From: an uncultured Phycisphaerales bacterium
Lineage (GTDB): Bacteria; Planctomycetota; Phycisphaerae; Tepidisphaerales; Tepidisphaeraceae
NCBI GenBank assembly: GCA_963844715.1
Contig: CAWJPJ010000007.1
Span: 480,001 to 544,000 of the forward strand
Direction: 5' to 3'
Length of the DNA: 64,000 nucleotides
The number at the start of each line of letters is the position of its first letter. Position 1 is the stretch's first letter. The notes beneath the pieces are model-generated. The model saw only the letters and a program-made list of their open reading frames with translations. It did not search any database and was not told the origin of the DNA. Of the stretch, positions 43,676 through 55,506 are shown in pieces. The position numbers and the translations under genes were made by a program.

Positions 43676-44011
43676 TCAGGAATGCCGTACTTCGTTTTGG
43701 TACGCCTGAAGGATCGCCGTGATCATGGCCCCGAATTTCTTTTGGAGTTCAGCACAGCGGGGATGATTTTGCAGCTCGACGCCTTTACGCTCGCTACGGA
43801 TCAGCCCGGCTTCGCGCAGGATTTTGAAGTGCTGCGAAAGAGTGGATTTGGGGATGCGGGTTTTGTTCATATCGAGGAAAGCCGAGCAATTTTTGGCGCA
43901 ATCGGCGTTGATCAACTGGGCGAAAATGCGCACGCGCACGGGGTCGGACAGGGCGTAGAGGATTCCCTGCACGGTGATTTCCTTGAGGGACGGATGGTAA
44001 AGCGGCCGCAT
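43676..44011 (-). CDS. ArsR/SmtB-family regulator
   Basis: ILYALSDPVRVRI, KSTLSQHFKILREAGLI. Confidence 0.9.
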   Translation of the reverse strand: MRPLYHPSLKEITVQGILYALSDPVRVRIFAQLINADCAKNCSAFLDMNKTRIPKSTLSQHFKILREAGLIRSERKGVELQNHPRCAELQKKFGAMITAILQAYQNEVRHS

Positions 44012-44042
44012 ATTAAAATTGTAGCACGGGTTGACTTCCATT

Positions 44043-44075
44043 ATCCATTAGTTCTAGAGTACCGAACTATTGGAT
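44043..44075. promoter_or_regulatory. inverted repeat, probable ArsR operator
   Basis: atccattagttc-N9-gaactattggat (12-bp arms, 1 mismatch) between divergent ArsR and SDR genes. Confidence 0.65.
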
Positions 44076-44097
44076 TGATAGAAAGGAGATTACTGAT

Positions 44098-44832
44098 ATG
44101 GGCAAGCTCAACGGAAAAACGGCGGTGATCACGGGAGCCACTTCGGGGATGGCGCTGGCGACGGCGAAACTCTTCGCCCATGAAGGGGCCTTTGTCTTCA
44201 TTACCGGGCGAAGGCAGGAGCAATTGGACGCGGCGGTGAAGGATATCGGCGCCAACTCAGCCGGAGTGCAGGGGGATGCCGGGAATCTTTCCGATCTCGA
44301 CCGGCTGTTCAAAACGGTGAAGGAGAAGAAGGGGCAGATCGATATCGTGTTCGCCAGCGCGGGGATAGGGGACCTGAGCAGCCCGCTTGGGTCCGTGACG
44401 GAAAAGGGGTTTGACGATATTTTCAACGTGAATGTTCGGGGCACTCTGTTTACGGTGCAAAAGGCGCTGCCGCTGCTGCGGGACGGGGCTTCGATCATTT
44501 TGAACGGCTCGATTGCCGGGTCCAAGGGTTTTCCCGGCGCGAGTGTTTACAGCGCGAGCAAAGCGGCGGTGCGATCGTTGGCCCGAACTTGGGCGGCGGA
44601 ACTCGTGGCGCGGAAGATTCGAGTGAATGTCATCAGCCCGGGGCCGATTGATACCAATATTTTCACTCGGCGCCCGGCGGGAATGAAGGATCAGTTTGCG
44701 TCGCTCGTTCCGATGGGTCGCCTGGGCCGGCCGGAGGAGATCGCTTCGACGGCGCTCTTCCTGGCGTCGCAAGATTCGAGCTTCATCACTGGGAGCGAGA
44801 TCTTCGTCGATGGTGGAACGGCACAGACTTAG
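44098..44832 (+). CDS. short-chain dehydrogenase/reductase
   Basis: ITGATSGMA, YSASK, RVNVISPGPIDT, VDGG; AAGGAG RBS. Confidence 0.93.
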   Translation: MGKLNGKTAVITGATSGMALATAKLFAHEGAFVFITGRRQEQLDAAVKDIGANSAGVQGDAGNLSDLDRLFKTVKEKKGQIDIVFASAGIGDLSSPLGSVTEKGFDDIFNVNVRGTLFTVQKALPLLRDGASIILNGSIAGSKGFPGASVYSASKAAVRSLARTWAAELVARKIRVNVISPGPIDTNIFTRRPAGMKDQFASLVPMGRLGRPEEIASTALFLASQDSSFITGSEIFVDGGTAQT

Positions 44833-45118
44833 GGGTTCAATTAAACCTCCATCTTGGTCTGTTGAATGCGGTTTGCCGTGGGGTGCGTTGTTTTGCGCGG
44901 GGAAGAATGCCACCGATTCGCCTCGGATTCAGTGGCGGCGTCCTTCAAATAGCGGCGCTGTCGTGGGTTAACTCCGGTCGTGGGGTGCGGAAAATTCATT
45001 CCAGATAGGGGAGTGGCCCGCGACATTTGTAGCCGTATGGCCGAATGTCATCCAATCTTATCTTTTGTAGCAAGTTTTTAGTCGCATTTTCATAGCGCTG
45101 TTTGTAGGGTACGGGGTT

Positions 45119-45969
45119 GTGACAAAAAGGGGTTTTATGCGGCGCGTCGGGTGGTGGATAGTCATTTGTTCGCTTTTTGGGTTGGTCGGGTGTGCGTCGA
45201 AGGCGCCATCAGCACAGCCGGTGGCGGCGGGCAACGCGACCCCGGCGGCTCTGAGCGCGGCCGTGGATACCGATCAAGCCGAAATTGCGCTTTTGAAAGC
45301 TGAAAACGAGGAGTTGAAGGGCAGGCTGGCTACCGCTGCGGGGGATGCCGACGGCGATAAATCGCGCGGGCTGGGGGATTATCCTCAATCGAAAGAGGAT
45401 AGTTCGCTCCACCTGCTTCCATTGGTCGTTTTTCCCAAGCCGCATCAGGGGCCGATGAACATCAGCGAAGATTGCTGGAACAGGGACGAGACCCTGACTT
45501 GCGCAAGTTGGAGAAGCGCATTTCCACCGCTCTTCAGAAGATCGACCTCCCCTGGACGGTGTGGGCGTATGGCGGGGTTGGGCACCCTGCCGGATTCGCG
45601 ATCGTCTCGAGTTTGCAGGAGATCGACGAGCACGGCATCTGCGAAGATAAACCGCCGAGCACCCAGAGAAATCTAAGGCAATTCATTTTTGTATTGAGTC
45701 CGACGGTTGTCGAGACCAACGATCGGCCCGCCGAAGAGGAGGAATTCACCTATTACTTCGAACACGGGAGCGCGGAATTACCGGATTCGATCGCGGACAA
45801 CAGTCTTGTCGACACGAGGGAAGGGGGGGATCACCTCTATTTGCTGGTGTATCGGTTCCAGCGACCAATGGATTTACCGACTCTGGATTTGATGTCGGAC
45901 AACCCGGAAATTGACCATTTCCACAAGTCCGGATTAGCGGCTGCACTCGATGAAGAATTGGGGAAATGA
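45119..45969 (+). CDS. hypothetical lipoprotein (probably one gene, frameshift ~45470)
   Basis: LFGLVGC lipobox, coiled segment LLKAENEELKGRL; continues in ORF 45472-45969. Confidence 0.55.
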
Positions 45970-46595
45970 TGCCTAACCAAACGACGTCTGGCACTGCATC
46001 GACAGTGCCGGCAAAAGCGGCTGATTGCGACGGAAAAAAATCCGCCTGGGCGGAGAGAATATTGATCGCAATTTGCGGCCTCCTGGTGCTCATAATCGGG
46101 GTGGTTCTGGCGAGACAAACGTATGAAGCGACTGTGCAGGTGCAGACGCTTGAAGCAAGCGCGCAGAAGACCAGCACGGACTACCTGAACACGCGGGTGT
46201 TCGTGGTTTCGCTTTTGACGTTGCCGCTGCTGGGCACGCTTTTCGGAATTTTGCCCATACACTCGCATCACCATGCCTTGTCGTACACGTTTCTCAGCGC
46301 GTTGATCGGATCGGCGCTTTATTTGGGATCGGTTTTGGCGCTAATTTGCCTCGAGGACAGTTGCTTCCCGGGCGAGCTGACTACGTATTTCGGTTACTGG
46401 GCAGTCCTCTTTGCTCTTTTTCAATCATATGCAACACTTTCGATAACTCGCCTTGCCCGCCCCGATCTCCGTAAGGGCGAGGATGAGAAAACGGAAAAAA
46501 GCGGAGAAAAACCCAACTTGGAAATAAACATCAACATGGTGGAGATAACGGAATCAATCACTGTCGAGACTGATACTGCCGCCGATTCCCCGTAA
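45966..46595 (+). CDS. hypothetical membrane protein
   Basis: 209-aa ORF, ~4 TM helices, ATGA overlap with upstream stop. Confidence 0.65.
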   Translation: MMPNQTTSGTASTVPAKAADCDGKKSAWAERILIAICGLLVLIIGVVLARQTYEATVQVQTLEASAQKTSTDYLNTRVFVVSLLTLPLLGTLFGILPIHSHHHALSYTFLSALIGSALYLGSVLALICLEDSCFPGELTTYFGYWAVLFALFQSYATLSITRLARPDLRKGEDEKTEKSGEKPNLEININMVEITESITVETDTAADSP

Positions 46596-46634
46596 AAATC
46601 TTGACCCTGCCTCTCCGCAGGCGATAATACAAGT

Positions 46635-48272
46635 ATGGCCAAGTTCCGACTTGTGTTGATCGGCGAACTGGCCCGCCAGATGGGCTTTACGCCTCAGGAG
46701 TTGCGATTCGCGCAACTTGATGCGGCGGAAGAGCTTCTGCTAGATATCGATCCCGCCAAGGCTTATCCGTTCGGATTCATCGTCTTCAGGATCACCGGCT
46801 ACCATCCCAAGCGCATTGACCAGGAATTGCTTACGGGTCTGGCCCTTCAGCACGATTTGGGGCTGCTCGTCGAGCAGGTCAGCGACACTTTGGACTTGAG
46901 GCAGGACAGCCAGCCCCAGCCGGTTTTGAGCATCGACGAAGTGACCGAGCGGTTCAACGTCACGAGCAAGACGATCCAGCGCTGGCGGCGGCGGGGTCTG
47001 GGGGCGCGAATTTTTACGTTCCCCGATGGGAAGCGGCGGGTGGGGTTTTTGCTATCGACCGTCGAGCGGTTTTTCGCCAGCCATCGGGATCAGGTGGCCC
47101 ATGCGGGGAATTTCTCGATCGTTACCGAGAATGAGAAATCGCAAATCCTGCTGACGGCGCGTCGATTGGCGCGGGGCGGGAAATGCAGCGCGGTGGAGAT
47201 CGCCCGGCGCATTGGCCGGAAATTGGACCGCGCGCCCGTGGCGATCACGCAGATTCTCAAAACCCATGGGCAGGCGATCCTTGCGATGGCGGCTCCGCCG
47301 ATCTCCGAGGAACAATGCGAGGAGATTTATGCGGCCCATCGCGGTGGCGAGTGCGTGCAGGCTTTGAGCGATCGGTTGGGACGATCCGCGGCCGAAATTC
47401 GCCGGGTGATTCTGGAACACCGCCTGGGCCGGTTGATTCGGCGGCGGATGCGGTTTATTGACGATCCGATTTATCACCAGCCGGACGCGGCCGAAGCGAT
47501 TGATGCCATCGTCGAGCAGGAGGAACTGGCCGATCCGCATAACGGGCAAGAGTCGCGTATTCCGCGGGATTTGCCGCCGTATTTGCAGGATTTGTATCGC
47601 ACGCCGCTGCTATCCGCCGCGCGGGAGCGGGCGCTTTTCCTGAAGCTCAATTTCCATAAATTCGAGTTTGTGACGGCCCGGCGGAAGATCGATCCGGCGC
47701 TGGCGACGGCGCGGCAGGTGAATCTGCTGGAAAATCTGCGCCGCCGGGTGATCGAGGCGAAGAACCGGATCGTGCGGGCGAATCTGCGGCTGGTGGTCAG
47801 CGTGGCGCGGAAACACCTGCGGGCGAATCTCTCACTGATGGACTTGATCAGCGATGGAAACATCACCCTGATGCGGGCGGTCGATTCGTTTGATTTTCAC
47901 AAGGGGAATCGATTCAGCACCTATGCGACATTTGCCCTGATGAAGGGATTTGCGCGAAGCGTGCCGCAGATGCAGGTTCGTCAGCGGCGGACGATGGCCG
48001 ATGCGGAAATGCTTGCGACGGTTTCCGACCAGCGGCCGACGATGGATGTGGATCGCATGCTGGATCGGGACCAGGTCAACGGGTTGCTGTCGCGGCTGGA
48101 GCCGCGCGAGCGCGATGTGATCCTGGCCCACTTTGGATTGAATGAGCGGACGCCGGCGACTTACGAGCAGGTGGGTTCGCGAATGGGGTTATCCAAGCAG
48201 CGGGTGCGGCAGATCGAGCAGGCGGCGCTGGCGAAGCTTCGGGCAGCTCCAAAAAGCGATCTGCCCGCCTAA
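46635..48272 (+). CDS. sigma-70 family factor with long N-terminal HTH-containing extension
   Basis: PPYLQDLYRTPLLS (1.2), NRIVRANLRLVVSVARK (2.1), DLISDGN...FSTYAT (2.2-2.3), TYEQVGSRMGLSKQRVRQIEQAAL (4.2). Confidence 0.9.
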   Translation: MAKFRLVLIGELARQMGFTPQELRFAQLDAAEELLLDIDPAKAYPFGFIVFRITGYHPKRIDQELLTGLALQHDLGLLVEQVSDTLDLRQDSQPQPVLSIDEVTERFNVTSKTIQRWRRRGLGARIFTFPDGKRRVGFLLSTVERFFASHRDQVAHAGNFSIVTENEKSQILLTARRLARGGKCSAVEIARRIGRKLDRAPVAITQILKTHGQAILAMAAPPISEEQCEEIYAAHRGGECVQALSDRLGRSAAEIRRVILEHRLGRLIRRRMRFIDDPIYHQPDAAEAIDAIVEQEELADPHNGQESRIPRDLPPYLQDLYRTPLLSAARERALFLKLNFHKFEFVTARRKIDPALATARQVNLLENLRRRVIEAKNRIVRANLRLVVSVARKHLRANLSLMDLISDGNITLMRAVDSFDFHKGNRFSTYATFALMKGFARSVPQMQVRQRRTMADAEMLATVSDQRPTMDVDRMLDRDQVNGLLSRLEPRERDVILAHFGLNERTPATYEQVGSRMGLSKQRVRQIEQAALAKLRAAPKSDLPA

Positions 48273-48433
48273 CTTAATTCCCTTCCCATTGTCTGATCTT
48301 CGGCGAGAGAATTGAAAAGCGGTCGAAGTTGCGATCTTCTTTGGGATCAGGGTAAATTATTTTCCGCCGTTTTTTTGAATGTTTTGTAGGCAGCGGGGTT
48401 GTTGCCCCGCTGGATTTGGAAGGAAGGATTTTT

Positions 48434-50228
48434 ATGCGGCACCTGCGAGGCTCGGGCGCGGCGGCATTTTTTTTGATCTGTCTGTCGGCGGCGCTGGCGC
48501 GGGGCGACGCCAAAGTGGATACGACGGACGTTGGGGACAATGGGAACGTCGCGGCGTTCGCGGTGAGTCCGCATGTGAAGCACTTTCTGGTTTTGTCCGT
48601 GAAGGGAAGCCGGTATCAGATTCTGATCGATGGGGCGGCGGGTCCGAAGATTGAATCGATCGATTGGACGGGGGGGACGGCATACAACGCGGGGGCCGGA
48701 GGGGCGGTGTTGACACAAATGCCGGTGGTCTTTTCACCGGATGGGGAGCATTTTGCCTATTGCTACAAGGATGCCGCCGATACCGTGATCGTTGAGGACG
48801 GCAAGGAAATCGGTCGGCTGGCGACGCTGAACGGGCTGGAAATGCCGCTGACGTTTTCGAACAACGGGCAGCATCTGGCATGGGGTTACAACAACTCGAT
48901 TTATATGGACGGCGTCGCCGGGCCGCAGAGTCGCTATCAGCCTGTGCTGAATTTCAGTCCGGATGGAACGCGATACACCTACAACGGGACGGTCGTGGGG
49001 GGCAATCAAAACTGGGGGTTCGTGGACGGAAAGCAGGTCAACTACTTTGGAGAATTTTCGCAATTCTCAGCCACCAATCATCTCATCAGCCTCTACCCGG
49101 CGGACGGAGGCGGAACGATTTTCGTGCTCGACGGCAAGCCGGAGTTCAAAGCGGGCGGCATTCGCAATGTCTGGACCTCTGCGGACGGGAAGCAGATTGC
49201 CATCCTCATTCAGCCGGATATCCAAAACTCCCAGACGGTGCTTTCCGTGAATGGGAAGTTGGTGCCCTCAACCCAAGGGGTGAATATCACAAACATGTAT
49301 TTCAGCCCCGACGGCAAGCGCTGGGCCGCGCTCTGCAACGCCAACGGCGGGAACTTCATGATCATCGACGGGACCAAGGCGGATTCATATCAGAACATTC
49401 CGCCCGCGGTCGACTATGACTACCGGGCGACTTTCGCCTGGGCGTATCCGACGGTGGATCCGAAGACGGTGCTCGAGCTGCCGGCGTTTACATCCGATTC
49501 GGCGAAATTTGTTTATGTCGCCACGGCCAACTCGCAGAATTTCTTGATGACCGAGGACGGAGAGTACGACGATTTTACGATCAATTACCAGAACGCGATC
49601 GTGAGCCCGGCGGGAGGGCATTGGGGATTTATCGGGCAAAATCGCCTAAAAAAAGGGGCGGTGGTCGTTGACAACAAGCCGGTCTTTACGCTGCAGCTAG
49701 CGCACGAACGAGCAGGCCGCGGCTGTCGGTTTGTGCTTCAGCCCGGATGGGGGGCATTACGCCTTTACTAGCATTGATGGCCAGCACCTCTACGAGGACG
49801 CCAAGCAATTGCCGGGAGGAATCCAGGGGCGGAATTTCATTTTCAGCCCGGATGGAAGTCACCTGGCGTATGTGACGTATCGCTCCGGAGTGGCGATCGA
49901 CGGGAAAATCTTCGCCAACGTCCCTCCCGGGCACGGTGTGAACTCGCCTCTATTTTCGCCGGATGGGCAGCATTTTTACTTCATCACCACAGGCAATGTG
50001 CCCAACTCCAAGGACCAGCAGACGTTGTACTGCGACGGCAAGCCGGTGGCGCATTTCAGCGGACTGCAACTGGGCCCCGGACAGGAAATCCACTATGATA
50101 TTTCACAAAACGGAGTGCTGACGCTGATTGCGCAGTCCGATGGGGAATTGACCCGGTTCGTCGTGACGCCGGATTCAAACATCGAAGCGGTGCTGAGTGC
50201 CGCCCCGGCGGCGCCGGTAAATCCGTAA
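48434..50228 (+). CDS. secreted beta-propeller (TolB/WD40-like repeat) protein (frameshift ~49720)
   Basis: Signal peptide; repeated FSPDGxH/R-x-A-Y and IDGK motifs. Confidence 0.8.
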
Positions 50229-50314
50229 CCCGCGCGCGTATTAACAATTCACGCGGGATTTTCGTGCGATTTAATGATTGGGCGATTGGGTGTGCCAACG
50301 AATCGCGCACCGCC

Positions 50315-51781
50315 TCACGCCTGATTCACGCGCTTGGACAACTCCCGCTTAAGAACTTTTCCGGTCGGCGAGCGCGGCAAATCCTTTTCAATATAAACTT
50401 CCCGCGGGATTTTCCATTGCGGTAGGCCGTGTTCCCGGCAGAAATCTCGCAGTTCGTCGGCCTGTATCGACTGGCCTTCCCTAGCGACGACGAACGCCAC
50501 GACGATCTCCCCGCGGCCGGGATCTTTTTTGCCAACTACGGCGATTTCCGCCACGGCGGGGTGATTCAGGATCGCTTCCTCCACTTCGCGGGGCGCGACT
50601 TTTTCGCCGGCGATAATGATCAGATCTTTCTTTCTGCCGGTGATGTAGAGAAATCCGTCGGAATCGAATTTGCCGAGATCGCCGGTTTTGAAGAAACCGT
50701 CGGGCGTGATGGCGGCGGCGGTTTCGTTGGGGAGGTTGTAGTAGCCGCGGAAGACCATCGGGCCCTTGAGCCAGATTTCGCCCTCGCCGCCGGTGGGGAG
50801 AGGTTGACCGTTTTCGTCCATGATTTTGATTGTGGCGCCGGGGATGGCTTTCCCGACGCTTCCCTGCCGGAACTCATGCGGCACGTTCAGGGCAACCACC
50901 GGGCTGGTCTCGCTTAGGCCATATCCTTCATGGAGGGTCACGCCGAAGCGCTGTTTGAAGCCTTCCCGGAGTGTGGAAGGGAGCGGCTCCCCGCCGCTGA
51001 TCGCGAGCCAGACGGTTTTAAAATCCGGCGGCGCGGCGTTCTTCAAATGCGCGATCGCGCCAAACATGCTCGGCACGGCAAAGAGCAGCGAAACGCCGCG
51101 ATCGCGGATGGCGTTGACCGCGGCCACGGGGCTGAACCGGGCCATGTAAATAATCGTCGCGCCGAGCTGGATGGGGGCGAGCATCATCGCGGTCATGCCG
51201 AAGGCGTGGAACAGAGGGATTACGCCCAGGAAGACGTGCTTGGAGCCCAATTGCGCGTGCTCGATGCAGGCATCGACGTCGCTTTGCAAATTCTCATAGG
51301 AAAGGATCACGCCTTTCGGTAAGCCGCTGGTCCCGCTGGTGTAGATCAGTACGGCCATGTCGTCGGGACTTTTGGGTGCGGCGGTGGGAAGAGCGGAATC
51401 AGCCGGCGGCGGGGGAAGCTGGGAAATGTCGATGATTTTGAGGCCGCTATTGGCGATGCGCGCGGCCAAAGGGGGCGCGGTGAGGACGGTATCAACGCCG
51501 CTATCAGCCAGGACATGAGCCACCTCGCGGTCGCCGAGCAAAAAATTTATCGGTACGACGCTCTTGCCAGCCAGCAGAATTCCATAGAAACTGGCGACAA
51601 AACCAAAGCTGGAAGGGAGCATGACGGCGACGTTTTGCCGCTGCGTGCCGGCGGAGAGCAAAGCCGCCAATCCCCCGGCCGCCGCCGCAACTTGCTGGAA
51701 GGTGTAGCTGCCCCGATCGTCGTGCAGGGCAATTTCGCCGGGCGTACGCCGGGCGCGATCGAGCAGCGGTTCCACCAGCAT
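50315..51781 (-). CDS. long-chain fatty acid--CoA ligase (AMP-binding family)
   Basis: IYTSGTSGLPKGV, EGYGLSETSP, FKTGDLG, GRKKDLI, PRSPTGKVL. Confidence 0.92.
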   Translation of the reverse strand: MLVEPLLDRARRTPGEIALHDDRGSYTFQQVAAAAGGLAALLSAGTQRQNVAVMLPSSFGFVASFYGILLAGKSVVPINFLLGDREVAHVLADSGVDTVLTAPPLAARIANSGLKIIDISQLPPPPADSALPTAAPKSPDDMAVLIYTSGTSGLPKGVILSYENLQSDVDACIEHAQLGSKHVFLGVIPLFHAFGMTAMMLAPIQLGATIIYMARFSPVAAVNAIRDRGVSLLFAVPSMFGAIAHLKNAAPPDFKTVWLAISGGEPLPSTLREGFKQRFGVTLHEGYGLSETSPVVALNVPHEFRQGSVGKAIPGATIKIMDENGQPLPTGGEGEIWLKGPMVFRGYYNLPNETAAAITPDGFFKTGDLGKFDSDGFLYITGRKKDLIIIAGEKVAPREVEEAILNHPAVAEIAVVGKKDPGRGEIVVAFVVAREGQSIQADELRDFCREHGLPQWKIPREVYIEKDLPRSPTGKVLKRELSKRVNQA

Positions 51782-51825
51782 CGCGGCAAATATAACGCTT
51801 GGAGGCAAGGATGCGAATTCCAAGA

Positions 51826-52605
51826 ATGGATTACCTACGGATCGGGTCCGCGGGGTTTCTACTGATGATGATGACGGCGTGCGCGGATACCAGTCCGCAG
51901 CGCCGGGAATTGAGCGCGGGCGAGGATGCCCTGCGGGCGCAGCAGTATGACCGCGCGCTGCGCGCGGCGGATGTCGTGGTGGCGTCCGGAGTGAGCGCGG
52001 ACGCGGCGGAGGCGCACTACCTGCGCGGGCAGGCAATCGAGGAACGGCCGAAGCTGGACAAGGGGGCGGCAAACGCCGACCTGGCCGAGGCGCGGCGGGA
52101 TTATTGCACGGCGCTGGAGGAGAAGCCCAGTCCGGAATTGCAGGCACGCCTCCACGGGCAGGTCGGGAATGTGACGTATTTCCAGGAAGATTACGCCGTC
52201 GCGCTTCAACAATGGACCATCGCTTATCAGCAGCTTAACAATCCATTGTGGAAGCAATGGGTGCTGTATCGGATGGGGATCTGCCAGCAGCGATTGGGAC
52301 GGTTTGTCGACGCGGACCGGACGTTTGAGATTGTGCAGGGAGATTACCCGGGAACGGAAGTCGCGAGCCGGGCGCACGCGAGGGAAGGGGTGCACGGGTT
52401 TTACGTGCAGGTGGGGGCGTTTACCGACGCGGGCGACGCCCAGAAGGCGGCGTATGTGGTGGGGGCGACTGGTTCCATCCCGCAGGAAGTGGACCAGCAT
52501 GGGCTGAAAGTGGTTCGCACGGCGGGGGTGCCTTCTTACTCGCAGGCCGCGGCACTGAAGAACCGGCTTATAGGTCAATACCCCGATGCCAGAATAATGC
52601 CCTAG
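51826..52605 (+). CDS. TPR + SPOR-domain lipoprotein
   Basis: MMMTAC lipobox, AEAHYLRG and LYRMGICQQRLG TPR motifs, FYVQVGAF SPOR motif. Confidence 0.8.
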   Translation: MDYLRIGSAGFLLMMMTACADTSPQRRELSAGEDALRAQQYDRALRAADVVVASGVSADAAEAHYLRGQAIEERPKLDKGAANADLAEARRDYCTALEEKPSPELQARLHGQVGNVTYFQEDYAVALQQWTIAYQQLNNPLWKQWVLYRMGICQQRLGRFVDADRTFEIVQGDYPGTEVASRAHAREGVHGFYVQVGAFTDAGDAQKAAYVVGATGSIPQEVDQHGLKVVRTAGVPSYSQAAALKNRLIGQYPDARIMP

Positions 52606-52632
52606 GGCCGCGGCGACCGCCGCCAATTCGGC

Positions 52633-55475
52633 TCATTCACCAAAGTCTGACATGGGGGGGCATTGGCAGATCAGATTTCTGTCGCCGTATGGGTTGTCGA
52701 TTCGGCCTACGGCGGGCCAGAATTTGTAATGCTTTGTCCAGGGGGCGGGATAGACGGCTTGCCGGCGCGAATAGGGATGCTTCCAATTATCGTCGGCGAT
52801 GGCGGCGGCGGTGTGTGGGGCGTTTTTCAGAACATTGTCCGCGCGGTCGGCGTTGCCTTGCTCGATATCGCGAATTTCCTGGCGAATCGAAATCAGCGCA
52901 TCGCAGAGGCGATCGAGTTCAGCTTTGGATTCGCTTTCGGTCGGCTCGATCATCAGCGTGCCGGCTTCAGGCCAGGACATGGTTGGGGCGTGGAATCCGT
53001 AATCCATGAGCCGCTTGGCGATGTCTTCGACTTTGATTCCGGCGGATGAGTCGAACTCCCGGCAATCGAGAATGAACTCGTGGGCGCAGCGGCCGTTCTT
53101 TCCCTGGAAGACGATGGGGTAATGCTCCTGGAGGCGCACGGCCATGTAGTTGGCGTTGAGGATGGCGATTTCGCTGGCGCGTTGTAGGCCTGCGTCTCCC
53201 ATAAGGGCGATATAAACCCAGGGGATGGGGAGGATTCCGGCGCTGCCGTAGGGGGCCGCGGCGATGGGTCCGACGGCGTCGTCGCCGTGCCCCGGGAGGA
53301 ATTGGGCCAGATGCTCGGCGACGGCGATGGGGCCGACGCCGGGGCCGCCCCCGCCGTGGGGGATGCAGAATGTTTTGTGCAGATTGAGATGGCAGACGTC
53401 GGCGCCGATATCGGCGGGGCGGCAGAGGCCGACCATGGCGTTCATGTTCGCGCCGTCGAGATAAACCTGACCGCCATGGTCGTGAATGATTTTGCAGATT
53501 TCCCTGGGTTGTTCCTCGAAGACGCCGTGAGTGGAGGGGTAGGTGAGCATGAGAGCGGCCAGGCGGTCGCGATGCTCGGCTGCCTTGGCGGCGAGGTCGT
53601 TCAAGTCGACGTTGCCCATCTCATCGCACGCGACGGGGACCACTTTGAAACCGGCCGTGACGGCGCTGGCGGGGTTGGTTCCGTGCGCGGAGACGGGGAT
53701 TAAGCAGATGTTTCGGCCTTTGTCGCCGCGATGTTCGTGATAGGCGCGAATGACCAATAGTCCGGCGTATTCGCCTTGCGAGCCGGCGTTGGGCTGAAGC
53801 GAGACGGCTGAGAAGCCGGTGATTTTGGCGAGCCAGAGTTCGAGTTCCGCGAAGAGTTCGGCGTAACCGCGCCATTGGTCGGGCGGAGCGAAGGGATGCA
53901 GCCGTGCAAATTCCGGCCAGGTGATCGGCAGCATTTCGCTGGTGCCGTTCAGTTTCATCGTGCAGGAGCCGAGGGGGATCATCGATTGGGCCAGCGAGAG
54001 GTCGCGGCTCATGAGTCGGCGGATGTAGCGCAGCATTTCGGTTTCGCTGTGATAGCGATTGAAGACCGGATGGGTCAGATAGGGCGTGGTTCGGGCCAGA
54101 CCCGGGGGGAATTCGCCGTGACCGGCGAGTTCGTCGATGTTGATGGGGAACGTGGCCCCGCCGGCGAAGGATTCGAGGAGAATTTGCACATCGCCGCGGG
54201 TGGTGGTTTCGTCGAGGGAGATGCCGAGGCTTCCGTCTTGATAGTCGCGGAGATTAAATCCGCGGGATTTGGCCGCGGCCAGGATCATGCCGGTCTCGAG
54301 TCCCTGCGGGCGGACTCGGAGCGTGTCGAAAATTTCGCGTTGATTAACCAGATGCCCGATGCGGCGCAACCCCATGGCCAGGGCGCGGGTCGAGACCGCG
54401 CACGCGCACGGCGATTTGTTTCAGGCCCTCGGGGCCATGGTAGACGGCGTACATGCCGGCGATGACCGCGAGCAGAACCTGGGCGGTGCAGATATTGCTG
54501 GTGGCTTTGTCGCGGCGGATGTGCTGCTCGCGGGTTTGGATGGCCAGGCGATAGGCGGGCTCGCCTGCGGAGTCCTTGGAGACGCCGACCAATCTGCCGG
54601 GAAGTTTTCGGGCGAACTCGCTGCGCGTCGCCAGGTAGGCGGCGTGAGGTCCGCCGAAACCGAGGGGCACGCCGAAGCGCTGGGTGGATCCGACGGCGAT
54701 GTCCGCGCCGAATTCGCCGGGCGGTTTGAGAAGCGTGAGGGCAAGAATATCGGCGGCGACGACCACCATCGCGCCGGCGGCGTGCGCGGCGGCGACGATT
54801 GCCGAATAATCGACGATGGTTCCGTCGGTCGAGGGGCATTGCAGCAGCACGCCGCAGAATTCGCGGGCTTTGAAATCGGTCGCTGAGGCTGGGCCGATTA
54901 CGCATTCGATTCCGACCGCGTGGGCTCGGGCGCGAGTGACGGCGATGGTCTGTGGATGGCAATCCTCGGCGATGAAGAAGGCGTTGCGCTTTTGCTCGCC
55001 GATGTGCCAGCACATTCCCATCGCCTCGGCGGCGGCGGTGGCTTCGTCGAGCAGCGAGGCGTTCGCCAGGGGAAGGCCGGTCAACTCGCTGACCATGGTT
55101 TGAAAATTGAGAAGCGCTTCGAGGCGGCCCTGGGAGATTTCGGCCTGGTAGGGCGTGTATTGCGTATACCAGCCGGGATCTTCCAGGATGTTTCGCTGAA
55201 TGACGGGGGGTGTGATGGTGTCGGAATAACCCATGCCGATGCAGCTACGGGCGACGACATTTTTTTGTGCGATTTCGCGCAATCGCTGGAGCAGTTCGAA
55301 TTCACCGCTGCCGGGACCGATTCCGAGGGACCGGTCGAAGCGGATGGATCGCGGAATGGTCTGGTCAATCAGTTCGGTAACCGAAGTGAGGCCGAGCGTG
55401 GCAAGCATATCGCGGCACGTCGGACTCGGTGGGTCCGATGTGTCTGTGCACGAATGTGTCGGACGGGGCGAGCAT
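52633..55475 (-). CDS. gcvP: glycine dehydrogenase (decarboxylating), single-chain P protein, frameshifts ~54380 and ~55410
   Basis: [70 protein letters not shown]. Confidence 0.96.
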
Positions 55476-55506
55476 CGAGCTTGGAAACGGCTCGGCGACG
55501 GGCGGA

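Noticed and set aside
52633..55475. Two-subunit GcvPA/GcvPB arrangement
   Set aside because: The break near 54380 has no proper stop/RBS junction and the sequence matches single-chain GcvP; treated as a frameshift.
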